Positions 50,031 to 63,262 of a DNA stretch of 64,000 bases are shown here, in pieces (the first letter of the stretch is position 1; every line of letters begins with the position of its first letter). Origin of the DNA: Heptranchias perlo. Its lineage: Eukaryota. The notes beneath the pieces are model-generated. The model was not told the origin of the DNA. It did not search any database and worked only from the letters and a program-made list of their open reading frames with translations. The translations under genes were made by a program, and so were the position numbers. The stretch lies in NCBI RefSeq assembly GCF_035084215.1, contig NC_090341.1, positions 28,334,001-28,398,000 on the forward strand, given 5' to 3'.

Positions 50031-51034
50031 AATCAGATGTGAGGAAAGACCTTCTCCTGTCACTCAGTTTGTAGATTTAATACCATAAGCATATAATTGC
50101 TGCCTGTCACAACGCTGTACTAGCTGAAAGGCTAACTTTACCAAACAAAAACAGTGATCTCAGAAATTTAATCATACTGTTATGTTACGCCAAATTGAGT
50201 CCAGTTAAAGCTGTGCTACTATAATGCTAAAGTTGAGTTCAAGGATACATTTGTGATGGTTACATTGACAATTGCATGTGTCAAAGTCATGAAATAAAGC
50301 ACTTAATAGCATAACATCAAAGTATGCTTTGTCCAGTCCTTGGTAGCTGTCAAAAGCTAAATGGTATTTCTACAGCCTGCAGTTAACTCATCACAAAGCT
50401 GTGTCTTTTCATTTGAGTCAGTTTATGGAAAATGACCTTTGAGCCAATTTAGGCATCACATGTAAAGCTCCAGACAAAGACCTAAATCCTATCTATTTTT
50501 CCTACGAAACCTAGGAATGTCTTTGGAGGACTAAATTAATGTAATTTTCTCACATGTTTCACCGACATTAACATAAGATAGTTCCATTTTGACCGTCAGA
50601 TTGTTCATGCAGTCTCCCAAAGATCAATTCAAGCAGTTAAGTTATAGTTAAGGAACAGAACCTCCAGGATAGTAATCCCTGAATTACTCCCAATGCCATG
50701 TGCTGGACCAGACAGGGAGAGAGAGATTATGATTGTCAATGCATGGAAGAATGGTGTAGAAGGGAGGTTTTGAGTTTGCTGGGACCCTGGGACAACTTTT
50801 TGGGCCAGGCAAAGCTGTAAGACAGACGTTTACCTCAACCAGAGAGGCACCCCTGTCCTTAAGTAAAGCGTAAGTAGGGCAGTGGGGAAGGATTTAACAG
50901 AGTTAAGGGGATGGGGGGGGGGGGGGGGGAAATCTGCACAGTAAGTTACAAAAAGAGTAAGAAAAAAAAAATCAGCAGGACATTTGGGCAGGGCAGAGAC
51001 AGTCACCCAAATTAGAGTTCTGTACATAAATGCA

Positions 51035-52096
51035 TTTATGGTAGGGACTTCCAGGATTTTGACCCCGCGATGCATGTCCAAGTCAGGATAGTGTGTGACT
51101 TGGAGGCAATCTTGAATGAAATGGTGTTTCCATGCATTTGTCCTTCTGGATGATGGAGGTCATCAGTTTGGGAGGTGTTGCTAAGGAGCCTTGGTGAGTT
51201 TCTGCGGTGTATCCTGTCATACATACTGCAGCCACGGTTCACCGTAGTGGAAGAGGTGGATGTTTTGGCTACTGGTGAAATGGCAATCGAGAGGACTGCT
51301 TTGTCCTGGAGTGTGTCAGGCTTCTTGAGTGTTGTTCCAGCTGCATCCATCCAAGCAAGAGGAGAATATTTCATCATACTCCTGGCTTCTGCCTTGTAGG
51401 TGGTGGAGAGGCTTTGGTAATCAGGAGGTCAACCATTCGCGAAAGAATACCCAGCCTCTGACCTGCTCTAGTAGCCACGGCAACGATGTGGCTGGTCCAG
51501 TTGAGTTTTTAAGTCAATGATGACGCCCAAGACATTGATGGTGGGGGACTCGGCGATGGTAATGTCGCTGAATGTCAAGGGGAGCTGATTAGGCTCTCTC
51601 TCTTGTTGGAGCTGGTCATTACCCGGGACTTGTGTGGCACGAATGTTAATTGCCAACTGCCTCAATATCAAAGGTAGTCACTCTCACTTCGCCTCTGAAA
51701 TTCAGCTTGTGTCCATGTTTAGTCCAAGGCTGTAATGAGGTCTGGAGCTCAGTGGTCCTGGAGGAACTCAAACTGGGCAACAGTGAGCAGGTTATCGGTG
51801 AGTAAGAGCCACTTAATAACACTGTTGGTGACTCCTTCCATTACTTTGCTGATAATTGGGAGTCGACTGATCGGGCAGTAATTGGCAAAGTTAGCTTTAT
51901 CCTGCTTTTTGTGGACAGGACATACCTGAACAATTCTGCACATTGTCAGATAGATGTTAGCATTGTAGCTGTATTGAAACAGCTTAGCTCAGGGCGCAGC
52001 TAGTTCTGAAGCACAGGTCTTCAGCACTACAGCCGGGATGTTGTCGGGGCATGTAGCCTTTGCAATGTCCAGCACACTCAGCCATTTCTTGATGTC
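51035..52096 (-). mobile_element. Older, internally deleted family B LINE
   Basis: PDNIPAVVLKT, VCPVHKKQDK..NYCPIS, MKYSPLAWM..QDKAV, SKSWKSLP. Confidence 0.82.
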
Positions 52097-53547
52097 AAAC
52101 TCTTGTTACTTCTTGTCTATCTTCTCACTCAATGATACACAAGCATGCACACCACTATAAAAGCATTGCAATAAAACAAGCTCTGTTTGAAGTTGTCTCT
52201 TGGTGCCTGCATATGAATACAGGTTTCTTTCCTGCTATTGTTGGCCTGGAAGATCAGTCTGCCAGCACAGCTTAGGGACACTGCCAGATCAGTGTCCCTA
52301 AGCAAACCACACAACAATCTGCTTCACACTCAGAAAAGTTTCTAAGCAGCAGCATAGCTACAACAACCTCCCAAGAATGCAGACAGTGATCTTGAGGATG
52401 CAGCAATTGATGAGTCATAGTGCATAGGATGAGCAAGTGTTTGTGCTGGAGGAAGAGCAGGAACCTGCTGCTTAGATTGCATGTGGATGACCCTCCTCTA
52501 CTTTGAGAAATGCAACAGCCAGATCATGTATTAGTTGAAAGGAGATGGAAATGCTGGCAATCCTATACAATGCACCAATCAATTCTTTGACATATGTGTG
52601 GCACAAAATTGGCTAACACTGTAGATTATCATTATGCTAGCTTGGAAGGAGGCAAAGACAAACAAGATGAGGGAGGCAGTCACTTTGATTACTGTAGACA
52701 GTGCTGACCTAATGGTGGAGTGTGATAGTGTGTCTTCTTGCAGATTAGCTCAACAACTGCCTTCCTAATGAACCAAAGCCCACAGAGGCAGTTCCCTTCA
52801 GTCATTGCCAGGTAGCTGTGCCTAGGCTGCAGGTGCACTTGCTGGCATAACGGCAGATATGAGCAGTCTTGCTTGTGGTGCCTTCTGATCTTCCTAGCAT
52901 GCCTTCTTTGATCTTTTTCATTCACTTTCATGAAATCTTAGGGCAATTTAAAACAATCCACATATCTTGCACGAGAATGGCAGATTTTAAAAAATTAACC
53001 TGCATCTTTAAGAGTTCTCTTTGTGATAGGCAATAATCTTCTTGGCCTTTAACATTCATTTTAAATGGGATGTCCTTGTGCTGACATGTAATCCAGTGAA
53101 TAGAGTCCTCATGTGAATGGAATTCCAATGTCCAAAACTCTCACAAAATGTGAGAAATGTGAAAGTGAGATGCTAGCAAGAAACCAGGCACAGAAACTTG
53201 TGCAATGTACAAAACAAGTGGATGGCGTTTCACTGGCTGAATTTTTTACCCTTATATTCACAAATGAATAACTGTTCAGGAGCTTAGTTTATAAAATAGT
53301 GTGGAGTAAAACACATGTTTTATGTGAAAATGTTCTTTTGAAGTTGTTGAGGTTATCCAACTGAAAGTTAATTATTTCCATATAATGTATTCAAAGCAGT
53401 ATCACCAAATAATATACACACCTTACCTCAATACGTGTTTAAACAAAATGGAAAGATGAGAAGCCAAGGAAAACTCTATGGCAAGCAGGGTGTTCTGCAG
53501 ACATGGATGCTGCTAGACCAGTAGGCTTCACTTCCTAAATGGTTTTA

Positions 53548-53674
53548 TGATGTGGAGATGCCGGTGATGGACTGGGGTTGACAATTGTAAACAATTTTAC
53601 AACACCAAGTTATAGTCCAACAAATTTATTTTAAATTTCACAAGCTTTCGGAGGCTTCCTCCTTCCTCAGGTGA
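53548..53674 (-). mobile_element. Penelope-like terminal repeat fragment containing a hammerhead ribozyme
   Basis: Minus strand: TCAC-CTGAGGA-AGGAGGAAGCCTCC-GAAA-GCTT-GTGA, then AATAAA and ...cagtccatcaccggcatctccacatca. Confidence 0.7.
53638..53674 (-). ncRNA. Minimal type I hammerhead ribozyme
   Basis: Core CUGANGA and GAAA, stem II GGAGG/CCUCC, stem I UCAC/GUGA, palindromic AAGCUU at stem III. Confidence 0.65.
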
Positions 53675-54459
53675 ATGGTGGTTTAGGCAGTGTATTCACA
53701 TTATACCCAAATTATTCGCAATTATCACAACAAATGACCACTCCTAAAATAAAATCCGTTGTAACAAATGCATTTTTTCTCTTCCATTATATCAGTGAAT
53801 TATAGGGTAAATGCATCGATCCCACGCTACCAGCGGGGAGCCATGATCAGAGAGTGCAGGTTGAAGAATCAGTGCTGCAGTCCTATTTCCAATCTGCGTT
53901 CCCTTTGAACACAACTCCACACTGTGAGTGGAGGATTGGTGAATTTACCTTTATACATCAAACATTCATGGTTGGTGTATGCACGTTGAATCATACTGCG
54001 ATGGCATTTTCACTTTAACTCTACTTAAGTCCTGGTACAAGATTCAACAGCTCCAACTTTTAGCACTTGGTTTTGCACTCACTCCCTGCACACTTTCAAC
54101 TAATCTAGTTAATAATTCTTCAAGTGTTTAAAATATTGCAAACACATCCTATTTAATATAGAAATTGTAAAAAAAAAATAGGCTGATTCAAATAAATATT
54201 ATATGAAACATTTCTATTCAAAGTGTTGTAATTTTCACATTTCAAGTGGATTTTTTACTGGTGCAGCTTACAAACAACTTTCGTGGATTCAAAATTGAAG
54301 GCGGCAATGTGCTGTGCAGGGTACATCTTCATTCAGTATTTGTTCAACTCTCTGGAGAGATGTTAATAATAGATTAATTTGTGGCTTGGAATGAAGGACA
54401 GTTCACAGGTTTAGAACTGGGTGTACAGTGGATCTTTCACCATCTATCCAAGGTCCCAC

Positions 54460-56905
54460 ATTGGACCTAAAAAAGATAGATCAGAGTACTTACTAAATGG
54501 TGTCAAGCTTGAAATAGTGGAGGTCCAAAAAGACTTAGGGGTCCATGTACACAGATCATTAAAATATCATGGACAGGTACTAAAAATGATCAAAAAGGCT
54601 AAATGTGATGCTGGCCTTTATATCTGGAGGACTAGAATATAAGAGAGTAGAAGTTATGCTACAGCTATACAAAACCCTGGTTAGACCACACCGAGAGTAC
54701 TGTGTTCAGTTCTGGGCACTGCACCTTAGGATGAATATATTGGCCTCGAAGGGAGAGCAGCGTAGATTTACTGGAATGATATCTGGACTCCGAGGATTAA
54801 ATTATGAGGAGGGATTACACAAACTAGGGTTGTATTCCCTGGAATTTAGAAGATTAAGGGGTGATTTTATCTAAGTTTTCAAGATACTAAGAGAAACTGA
54901 CAGGGTAGATAGAGAAAAACTATTTCCACTGGTTGGGGAGTCTAGGATTAGGGGCCTTGGGGATGTTAGGGAACTTGGGGAAATAAATAGTGATGTCTTG
55001 AGGAGTGTACTTATTACAGAGAGAGAGGTGCTGGAAGTCTTAACGCGCATCAAGGTAGATAAATCTCCAGGACCTGATGAAATGTATCCCAGGACGTTAT
55101 GGGAGGTTAGGGAGGAAATTGCGGGTCCCCTAGCAGAGATATTTCAATCATCGACAGCTACAGGTGAGGTGCCTGAAGATTGGAGGGTAGCAAATGTTGT
55201 GCCTTTGTTTAAGAAGGGAGGCAGGGAAAAGCCTGGGAACTACAGACCGGTGAGCCTGACATCTACAGAGGGTATTCTGAGAAACAGGATCTACGGGCAT
55301 TTGGAGAGGCAGGGACTGGTTAGGAACAGTCAGCATGGTTTTGTGAGAGGAAAATCATGTCTCACAAATTTGATTGAGTTTTTTGAAGGGGTAACCAAGA
55401 AGATAGATGAGGGCTGTGCAGTAGACGTGGTCTACATGGACTTTAGCAAAGCCTTTGACAAGGTACCGCATGGTAGGTTGTTACATAAGGTTAAATCTCA
55501 CGGGATCCAAGGTGAGGTAGCCAATTGGATACAAAATTGGATTGACGGCAGAAGACAGAGGGTGGTTGTAGAGGGTTGTTTTTCAAACTGGAGGCCTGTG
55601 ACCAGCGGTGTGCCTCAGGGATCGGTGCTGGGTCCGCTGTTATTTGTTATTTATATTAATGATTTGGATGAGAATTTAGGAGGCATGGTTAGTAAGTTTG
55701 CAGATGACACCAAGATTGGTGGCATTGTGGACAGTGAAGAAGGTTATCTAGGATTGCAACGGGATCTTGATAAATTGGGCCAGTGGGCCGATGAATGGCA
55801 GATGGAGTTTAATTTAGATAAATGTGAGGTGATGCATTTTGGTAGATCGAATCGGGCCAGGACCTACTCCGTTAATGGTAGGGCGTTGGGGAGAGTTATA
55901 GAACAAAGAGATCTAGGAGTACAGGTTCATAGCTCCTTGAAAGTGGAGTCACAGGTGGATAGGGTGGTGAAGGCGGCATTCAGCATGCTTGGTTTCATTG
56001 GTCAGAACATTGAATACAGGAGTTGGGATGTCTTGTTGAAGTTGTACAAGACATTAATAAGGCCACACTTGGAATACTGTGTACAGTTCTGGTCACCCTA
56101 TTATAGAAAGGATATTATTAAACTAGAAAGAGTGCAGAAAAGATTTACTAGGATGCTACCGGGACTTGATGGTTTGACTTATAGGGAGAGGTTGGATAGG
56201 CTGAGACTTTTTTCCCTGGAGAGTAGGAGATTTTGGGGTGATCTTAAACAAGTCTATAAAGTAATGAGGGGCATAGATAAGGTAGATAGTCAAAATCTTT
56301 TCCCAAAGGTAGGGGAGTCTATAACGAGGGGGCATAGATTTAAGGTGAGGGGGGAAGAGATACAAAAGGGTCCAGAGGGGCAATTTTTTCACTCAAAGGG
56401 TGGTGAGTGTCTGGAACAAGCTGCCAGAGGCAGTAGTAGAGGCGGGTACAATTTTGTCTTTTAAAAAGCATTTGGACAGTTACATGGGTAAGATGGGTAT
56501 AGAGGGATATGGGCCAAGTGCAGGCAATTGGGACTAGCTTAGTGGTATAAACTGGGCGACATGGACATGTTGGGCCGAAGGGCCTGTTTCCATGTTATAA
56601 ACTTCTATGATTCTATGATTCTATAGCCTAAAAATTAGAGACAGGACTTTCAGGAGTGAAGTTGGGAAACACTCCTAAACGCAAAGGGTGGTAGAAGTTT
56701 GAAACTCTCTTCCATAAACGGCAGTTGATGCTGGCTCAATTGTTAATTTTAAATCTGAGACTGATAATACCTTTTGGTTAACAAAAATCTAAGGGATATG
56801 GGGCTAAGGCGGGAATATGGAGTTAGGTCACAAATCAGCCATGATCTCACTGAATGACTTTATACATCGAGGGGCTAAATGGCCTACTCCTGTTCCTATG
56901 TTCCA
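54460..56905 (+). mobile_element. Older CR1 3' part (54460-54956 and 56624-56905) split by a young CR1
   Basis: LYKTLVRPHREYCVQFW...gagtctaggattaggggc | insert | agcctaaaaattagag...cctatgttcc. Confidence 0.85.
54957..56623 (+). mobile_element. Young 5'-truncated CR1 LINE (RT ORF 54998-56464), same subfamily as 6635-8949
   Basis: Almost identical RT protein; (ATTCTATG)n tail; one late frameshift near 56355. Confidence 0.95.
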
Positions 56906-58159
56906 AAATGCTGCACAACGCAGTCATTAATTTTCCACAGATATGCTTTGTTTTTCAATTTTCTTCATAAAAGAAAGACGTAACATATTAAAATGGAACA
57001 GTTCTGTGTTTGCTCTAAAATTGAAACGGACAAAACTCAATGTACTCTTCCGAATAATCACCGCAAGAATGTATAAAAAGTCATCTTGCTTGAACAAAAT
57101 GCATTCTTTCTTTCCTCAGACTGCTTTTGTTTCAAAGGGATCACAGAAATGCATTATAAATGCTGGAAGTATATTCTAAGGCTAGTAACATAATCTTGCA
57201 TAAACTCCAAGAGCAAGGCTGAAAATTATTTCTAAACATCATCTGAATCTCTAAAATAAGAAGCATGTTATGATGAGGTGGCAGATAGAAAGGGTGATTT
57301 TATATGCATTATCTACTGGTGAAATATTATTGCTCTACTTTCTTTCCTTGCATAACACAGAGATCAGACAGTCTGCAAATGATATGAAAAATGTGTACTT
57401 TTTACTGTCATGACAGGTATGGCTAAGTCAATATGTGGACACTGTGTTACTTACATCATTATCAGTAAGGAAGCAATAAATCAAAATGAAATTGTTGATA
57501 GCAGACCAAATAAAGATAGAGAAAGAGTAAGGATGGATTTTTCCTCCCCAAGTAGTTTACTGTAGTTTCAGTTATTGATCCATCAACAGTTAAAACATTC
57601 AGTGTTTCCTTCCTTGTAATCAAAATGTTCTGAATTATGTCAATGTATCACTGTCAAATGCATTTTACTCAATGTTTCTGCTATGTACTCTAATTTAGCA
57701 TTTTTCATCATTCACATGATCCAATTATACCTGACAGACAAAATCTGTGCAAGTTATCAAGAAATAAATTCTTCCTACCTATAAATTGAATTTAAATATC
57801 TGAAGTACTTCACAATTTATCTATCAGTTTTACTACAAAATGAGAACAAATTTTAACTTTTTAAGCAGCTTTACCCTTATTCATGCAGTAGTGACAGTCC
57901 TTTATTCACATACACTTTCTGAACTATTGCAATTAAGAAAGTAACTGCTATAACAGATGGTTTCTGCTTTTAATTCCCATGCTAGTGCATAATACACCAG
58001 TTGTTGAGAACCAACAATTAAATTAGCTTAATTACTTGAAGCCAGCCTAAATCATTCTTCTGCTGCAGGAGTTACCACTTGCAATTAATGAATACTATTT
58101 GTGGTTCAATTTATTAACTGTCTAACACATATAAAACATTTAGTAATGTTCATTCTTAC

Positions 58160-58232
58160 CGCAATTCTGTAGAGAAGTCTTGTCCCACAGGCACACAGAG
58201 CTGTAGCACAAGGAACCGCTGGATAAGGCCAA
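58160..58232 (-). CDS. CFAP20DC: Internal coding exon (73 nt) of CFAP20 domain-containing protein (CFAP20DC/C3orf67)
   Basis: Strong acceptor (ttatttcttttattttag) and donor (G|GTAAGA) on the minus strand. Translates [24 protein letters not shown](R), matching the human CFAP20DC segment [25 protein letters not shown] as I recall it. Phase 1 to phase 2. Confidence 0.9.
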
Positions 58233-58299
58233 CTAAAATAAAAGAAATAATACAAAAATTACTTATTTTTACTCTATACGATATCGAATGAAACATAAC

Positions 58300-58545
58300 T
58301 GTGCGGAGACAATGACCATGAACGCTGCTGGACTATCATAAAACCCAACTGGTTCACTGATGTCTTTTAATAGATGGGAACCTGCCACTGCTACCCAGTC
58401 TGGCCTGGACATGATTCGTCCCAGGCTACTTGGTTGACTCTTAATGCTCTTTGAAGTGACCGAGCAAGCCACTCGGCCACCGTTATTTAGGTCAACTAGG
58501 AATGAGCGACCTTGTCAGTATTGCCCACATCCAGAAAAGAAATTA
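58300..58545 (+). mobile_element. SINE body and tail sharing both the 5' UTR and the 3' end of the family B LINE
   Basis: aaaacccaactggttcactgatgtc...gaccgagcaagccactcgg matches the reverse complement of ~16240-16385. It is followed directly by caactaggaatgagc..ttgcccacatcc. Confidence 0.65.
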
Positions 58546-58939
58546 CAAAGACAAGATTTTTTTTCCGTTTATAGCTGCTAAGCCCTGCAGATATTTCTTT
58601 TTACAAATTGAGAAACCAATGTAAAGGACATGTTGCCCATAGTGCAGGGCAGCAAGATTCAAAATGGTAAAAGATGAAGTGGATCAGGAAGTAGTGATTA
58701 GATGATTGTTTATAATTCCTATTTTCTCCCAAACACAGTTTGTGTTCAAGGCAGAAAGACAGTTTCCGCAAGCAAATAGAATCTCCTCATTGAAACTTGC
58801 ATCTTTATATGTCCCTCTGAGTGGGGTAAAGTGTCACCTTTTGATTCAGGCATCGAAAGAAAAATTTCTTATTGATGGTGGTGCTCAGACAGGGTCTGCT
58901 CGTTACCAACTGAAAATACATAATAAATCCCCAAATAGT

Positions 58940-60010
58940 GGGGGGGGGGGAAACAAAATCAAGGATGAGATTTGTGGGCAATTCAGAAAGCTTGGCACTA
59001 GTAACATTATAATAATTGGGGTATTGAATTACATTATGGACTGGGATAAGATGAAAGTTTATGGTCAAAATCAGGAAGGGTTCTTAAAATGAAATCAGGA
59101 CTTTTTCCTTAATCAGTATACTATATGTTCAAGATTCCTGGGATGAGAGGGTTGTCCTTTGAGGAGAAATTGAGTAGAATGGGCCGATACTCTCTGGAGT
59201 TAAGAAGAATGAGGTGACCTAATTGAAACATAAGATTCTGAGGGGGCTTGACAGGGTAAATGCTGAGAGGTTGTTACCCCTGGCTGGAGAGTCTAGAACT
59301 AGGGGGCATAGAATCAGGATAGAGGAGCGGCCATTTAAGATTGAGATGAAGAGGAATTTCTTCACTCAGAGGGTGGTGAATTTATGGAATTCTCCACCCC
59401 AGAGGGCTGTGGATGCTGAGTCATTGAGTATATTCAAGGCTGAGATAGATAGATTTTTGGACTCGAGGGGAATTAAGGGATAAATATAGGGGGGCAGGGG
59501 GGAGAAACAGAAAAAAAATCAAGAAGGCTAAAAGGAAGTGTAAAAAAACAAGTCATCATAAAGGGAAAAAGATAGGGTGTTTATCAGCAGATAAGTAAAA
59601 CGATACTCAAAGAAGGGGTGAGATCACTTGGAGTCCAACTTTTACTTGAGTTAGCAAATGGTGCAAATACTTAATAATCTCAGTTTAAACAGAAGATGAT
59701 GAAAGTAGTTCAGTATGAGTACTTGAAGAGGATGTGGAAGAGCTGTGACTGGAAGTAAATAGGCAAATGGAAACTATATTGAAAAAGTTATGGGACTAAA
59801 AGTTAAAAAAAGTTACCAGGTGCAGATCATATCCAGCACAGAATATTGTAGGAGGTTGGAAGAAGAAAGAAGAGACATAAGTTTCCAAAATTTTTGAAAA
59901 TGGGAATGGCTTCAAAGTATGGGAGAGTGGCAATTGTTGCACTTCTGTTCAACAAAGAAAAAGGGGATAAGCTCGGAAATTATAGGTCATTTATTCTCAT
60001 CTAAGTAGTA
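58940..60010 (+). mobile_element. Assorted CR1 fragments (APE, 3' end 59135-59485, RT N-terminus)
   Basis: IIIGVLNY..DW; RNFFTQRVVNLWNS; WRVAIVALLFNKEKGDKLGNYRS. Confidence 0.65.
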
Positions 60011-61607
60011 GATTAACTTCTAAGACTGGATTTTTTGTGGGATCTCAATTCTATTTGGAAATATAGCAGGGCAGGACTCACACTCCACATTATGGTCACT
60101 GACCCACCATCATTTCTGGGATTAGCATGACTTGCATAATTAGGGCGTACTTCAGGCAGGCAACTCATTTCTTTCAGGTGAAAATAGCATGCTGCTGCTG
60201 GATATAAAGGCCACAACACCTAACTTGGTTTTGGCTGCACCAAAGCAATTTCTTCATCTAGAAACGTTAAGACACAAATGATGCAAGGCACAGAATCCAC
60301 CCCCATTGCATCCCCTTTGCAGGTTCTGGTGTTGAAGTGCTGCTTCAGAAAGTTAGGTTGAGGACAGAAGCCCTCTTTGAAACTGACAAAGGGACTATCC
60401 CAAGGAAAGCTGCAGTAGATAACACGAAGGAGGTGGCCTAGGCAGTAAATGCCAATTCTACCATTTAACACATTGCTATTCAGTACTGCAAAAAGCTTTT
60501 TGACATAAACAGGTCAGGAAAGCTAAGAGGAACCAGCAACACTTTCAAAGACACACTGTACTAAACTTGTCTGCCACTTACAATGACAAACTAGTAAACT
60601 TTCCAATGCAATATATGTGAGTGATACATTTCCTTGGATGATTTCATGCAATACAACTTCACAAGCAAACTGAACTCAAGCTGAGCAGCTAGAGCAATGT
60701 TTTTTGTTAAAACACAACTGACTAATGTCAATTCTTTAAAATCACATTTACTTGGTCGACCTAAAGTCACATAAAATATATTTATATATAGAAGTTTCCC
60801 TATTTGATGCAGGACAAAAACTCTGTTCTTGTCATAATGATGAAAAGTTTGGGTTTTAAAACCTTGAAGATTATTAGAAGAAAAGACAAAGGTAAGGTTT
60901 TTTGACGTTCAGGGAAAGGGAAAGAATATATTGCATGGAGAGTTGCATATTTAGAGTTCAGAAGGAACAAGTAAGAACATTTTGAACATGCATTGACAAA
61001 GTAGTTGCATTGATACTAGCCACGGTAGCGTTGATAAAATAGGGAGCGGCGGAGAAAGAAAGGTTGGCAACTAGAAGTTAGAGAGGGATCATCTATTAGA
61101 GATTCGGATATTTGTTATATCCTGCCCAGGAGTGCATGAGAGATGTCAGAAGAACCTTCCAAAATATGGAAGTAATATTCAAGTTTTCAATGGGTTGAGA
61201 TTTATACAGAATTAAGAATTGTTGAAGAAGGAATGAAAAAGGAAACCAACCTTTATGAAGGCAATTTTAGCAAAGGAGAAGATGTATTTTAGGTCAGAAG
61301 AGATAGTGAGTGCAAGAATGATCATAGATGGAGGACTACGGGTGGTGCCATTAAAAGGCAAGAGGTGCTAACGGTTGGTCATATGAAAAAACTCTCTTTG
61401 AATAAGCGAAAGAAGATTTTCATCACCCCATCAAATCGCATGGAGCAGATCAAATGGACACTTAAACTAAAAAATAACAGCCAACATTATTACAATGACC
61501 ATAGCTTTCAGAAATATCCCTGATGATGTGCATCACTCCAGTCTATACATATCTGGAACACACTCTAAAGAGTCAATTTCTGCCCATTTAAATGTAATTA
61601 GAAACAT

Positions 61608-61965
61608 CTGGTAGCTCGATAAGTGCAGAGTGGTGTAGAAGACAGACCGGTTCAATCCCCAGTCTGTGCTGAGACAGCTGATCTTAGAGGAGCAAGATGT
61701 GGAGTAATAGTGTGGGTGCTACAATTAGCAGCAATGCCCTTGGGCAAAAAAAGGAAATTCAGTCAAGGTTCCCATTCTGAATTTCTATGCAGTGACTCAT
61801 ACTTAAAAGTTGTCTGAATGTTGGGCAAGAACAAGATGATGCCCTCCATAGTCTGCTACCACTCTGTCCAGAAGCACACATGCAGAATGACCATTTGAGC
61901 AAGAATTGGAGGATGACCAGTGTTTGTTAAGTCATACTCCTGTACAAAGAGAGGAGAGGAGAAAA
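61608..61965 (+). mobile_element. Old tRNA-derived SINE
   Basis: gtagctcga...ggttcaatcccc B-box, then tctgtgctgagacagctgatct; purine-rich tail gagaggagaggagaaaa. Confidence 0.55.
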
Positions 61966-62969
61966 CAAGTGAAGGAAATGAGAAAATAAGCAGGATTGTA
62001 ACTCTCTGTTAAACATGCCCAATTTTGGGTAAGCAAAAGTTAGAGAATAGAAATGCAATGCTACATGTGTAATTGCAAGATCATTATCAAAAACAAGAAT
62101 CTATGTAAAATAAAATATCTTGCAATCAAATATTAAAGCTTTTTCAAATAAAGAGAGTCTAACCTGGACAGATTTTTAAAAATCTGTGGCTATAAACCCA
62201 TCTCACCAGAGTGATAATATTCCAGTTAGTCCAAGCATTTCTTGACAACAAAATGACAACTATAACCACTGAAGATTTAACATATGTCTTACTTCAGTTA
62301 CAATTATTATTACATGGAAAATTAGTAAAATAGATTTGGAAAATAAACATCTTAACACAAATTGAATTTGAACAATTTGGTTTCATACTACAAATGCTAA
62401 GCTGTCCATTTGTATTTAAATCTGTTCACCACAAAGCTAGTTTAACCAATCTCCTTGAAACAAATGTACATTGTCATCACATAACTATCAAAACGAATGT
62501 TACAACAGCCAAAAGCATTGAGGGGATGTCAGGCCACCTCAGGTGTCCAGATGTACGCCACAGTAAAGAAAAAAAGAAAACTTTAGTTAAGTTAATTTAG
62601 TGTCACACAAATGAAGCAAGAAAAATGCATATGTGGTTCAAATTTGCACTGATCAGATTTCATTTTAAGTATCACCCAGAGAACCAGAGAGAGGGTACAG
62701 TGAAATTCTGTCATAGTTGGCAAACTGAAAATGAATGCAAGGGTTATGCAATAGAACAGTATGTAATATTAGTTACTACAAAAAGGACAAAATTAGGAGT
62801 CAGTAGATTTCAACACTTATTTGCATACATCAAGACTGAAAATTCCTCTACCACAAACATAATTTTTTACTATTTCTAGAACATTCTTTTAAAAGATAAT
62901 CCATTTTATTAAAATAGGCAACATGATTTTGAAAGATTTCAAAGATTTCTTGTCTTCAGTACACAGATA

Positions 62970-63262
62970 TAATTACATTGAATGTACAGCACAGAAACAA
63001 GCCATTCGGCTCAAAAGGTCCGTGCCTGTGTTCATGCTGCACACGAGCCTTCCCCCCACCCCTCTTCATCTGACCTCATCAGCACAATCTTCTGTTCCTT
63101 TCTCTCTCTCTCTCTCGTGTGTTTATTGTAGCTTCCCCTTAAATGCATCTATGCAATTAGCCTCAACTAGTCCTTGTGGAAGTGAGTTCCACATTCTAAC
63201 CACTCATTGGGTGAAGAAGTTTCTCCTGAATTCTCTATTGGATTCATTAGTGACATATCTAT
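62970..63262 (-). mobile_element. CR1 3' end fragment
   Basis: NFFTQ*VVRMWNSLP on -; 3' UTR shared with 30160 and 38370. Confidence 0.75.

Noticed and set aside
54998-56464. Active retrotransposon or host reverse-transcriptase gene
   Set aside because: It is 5'-truncated with no endonuclease, has a deletion in a conserved RT motif and a late frameshift.
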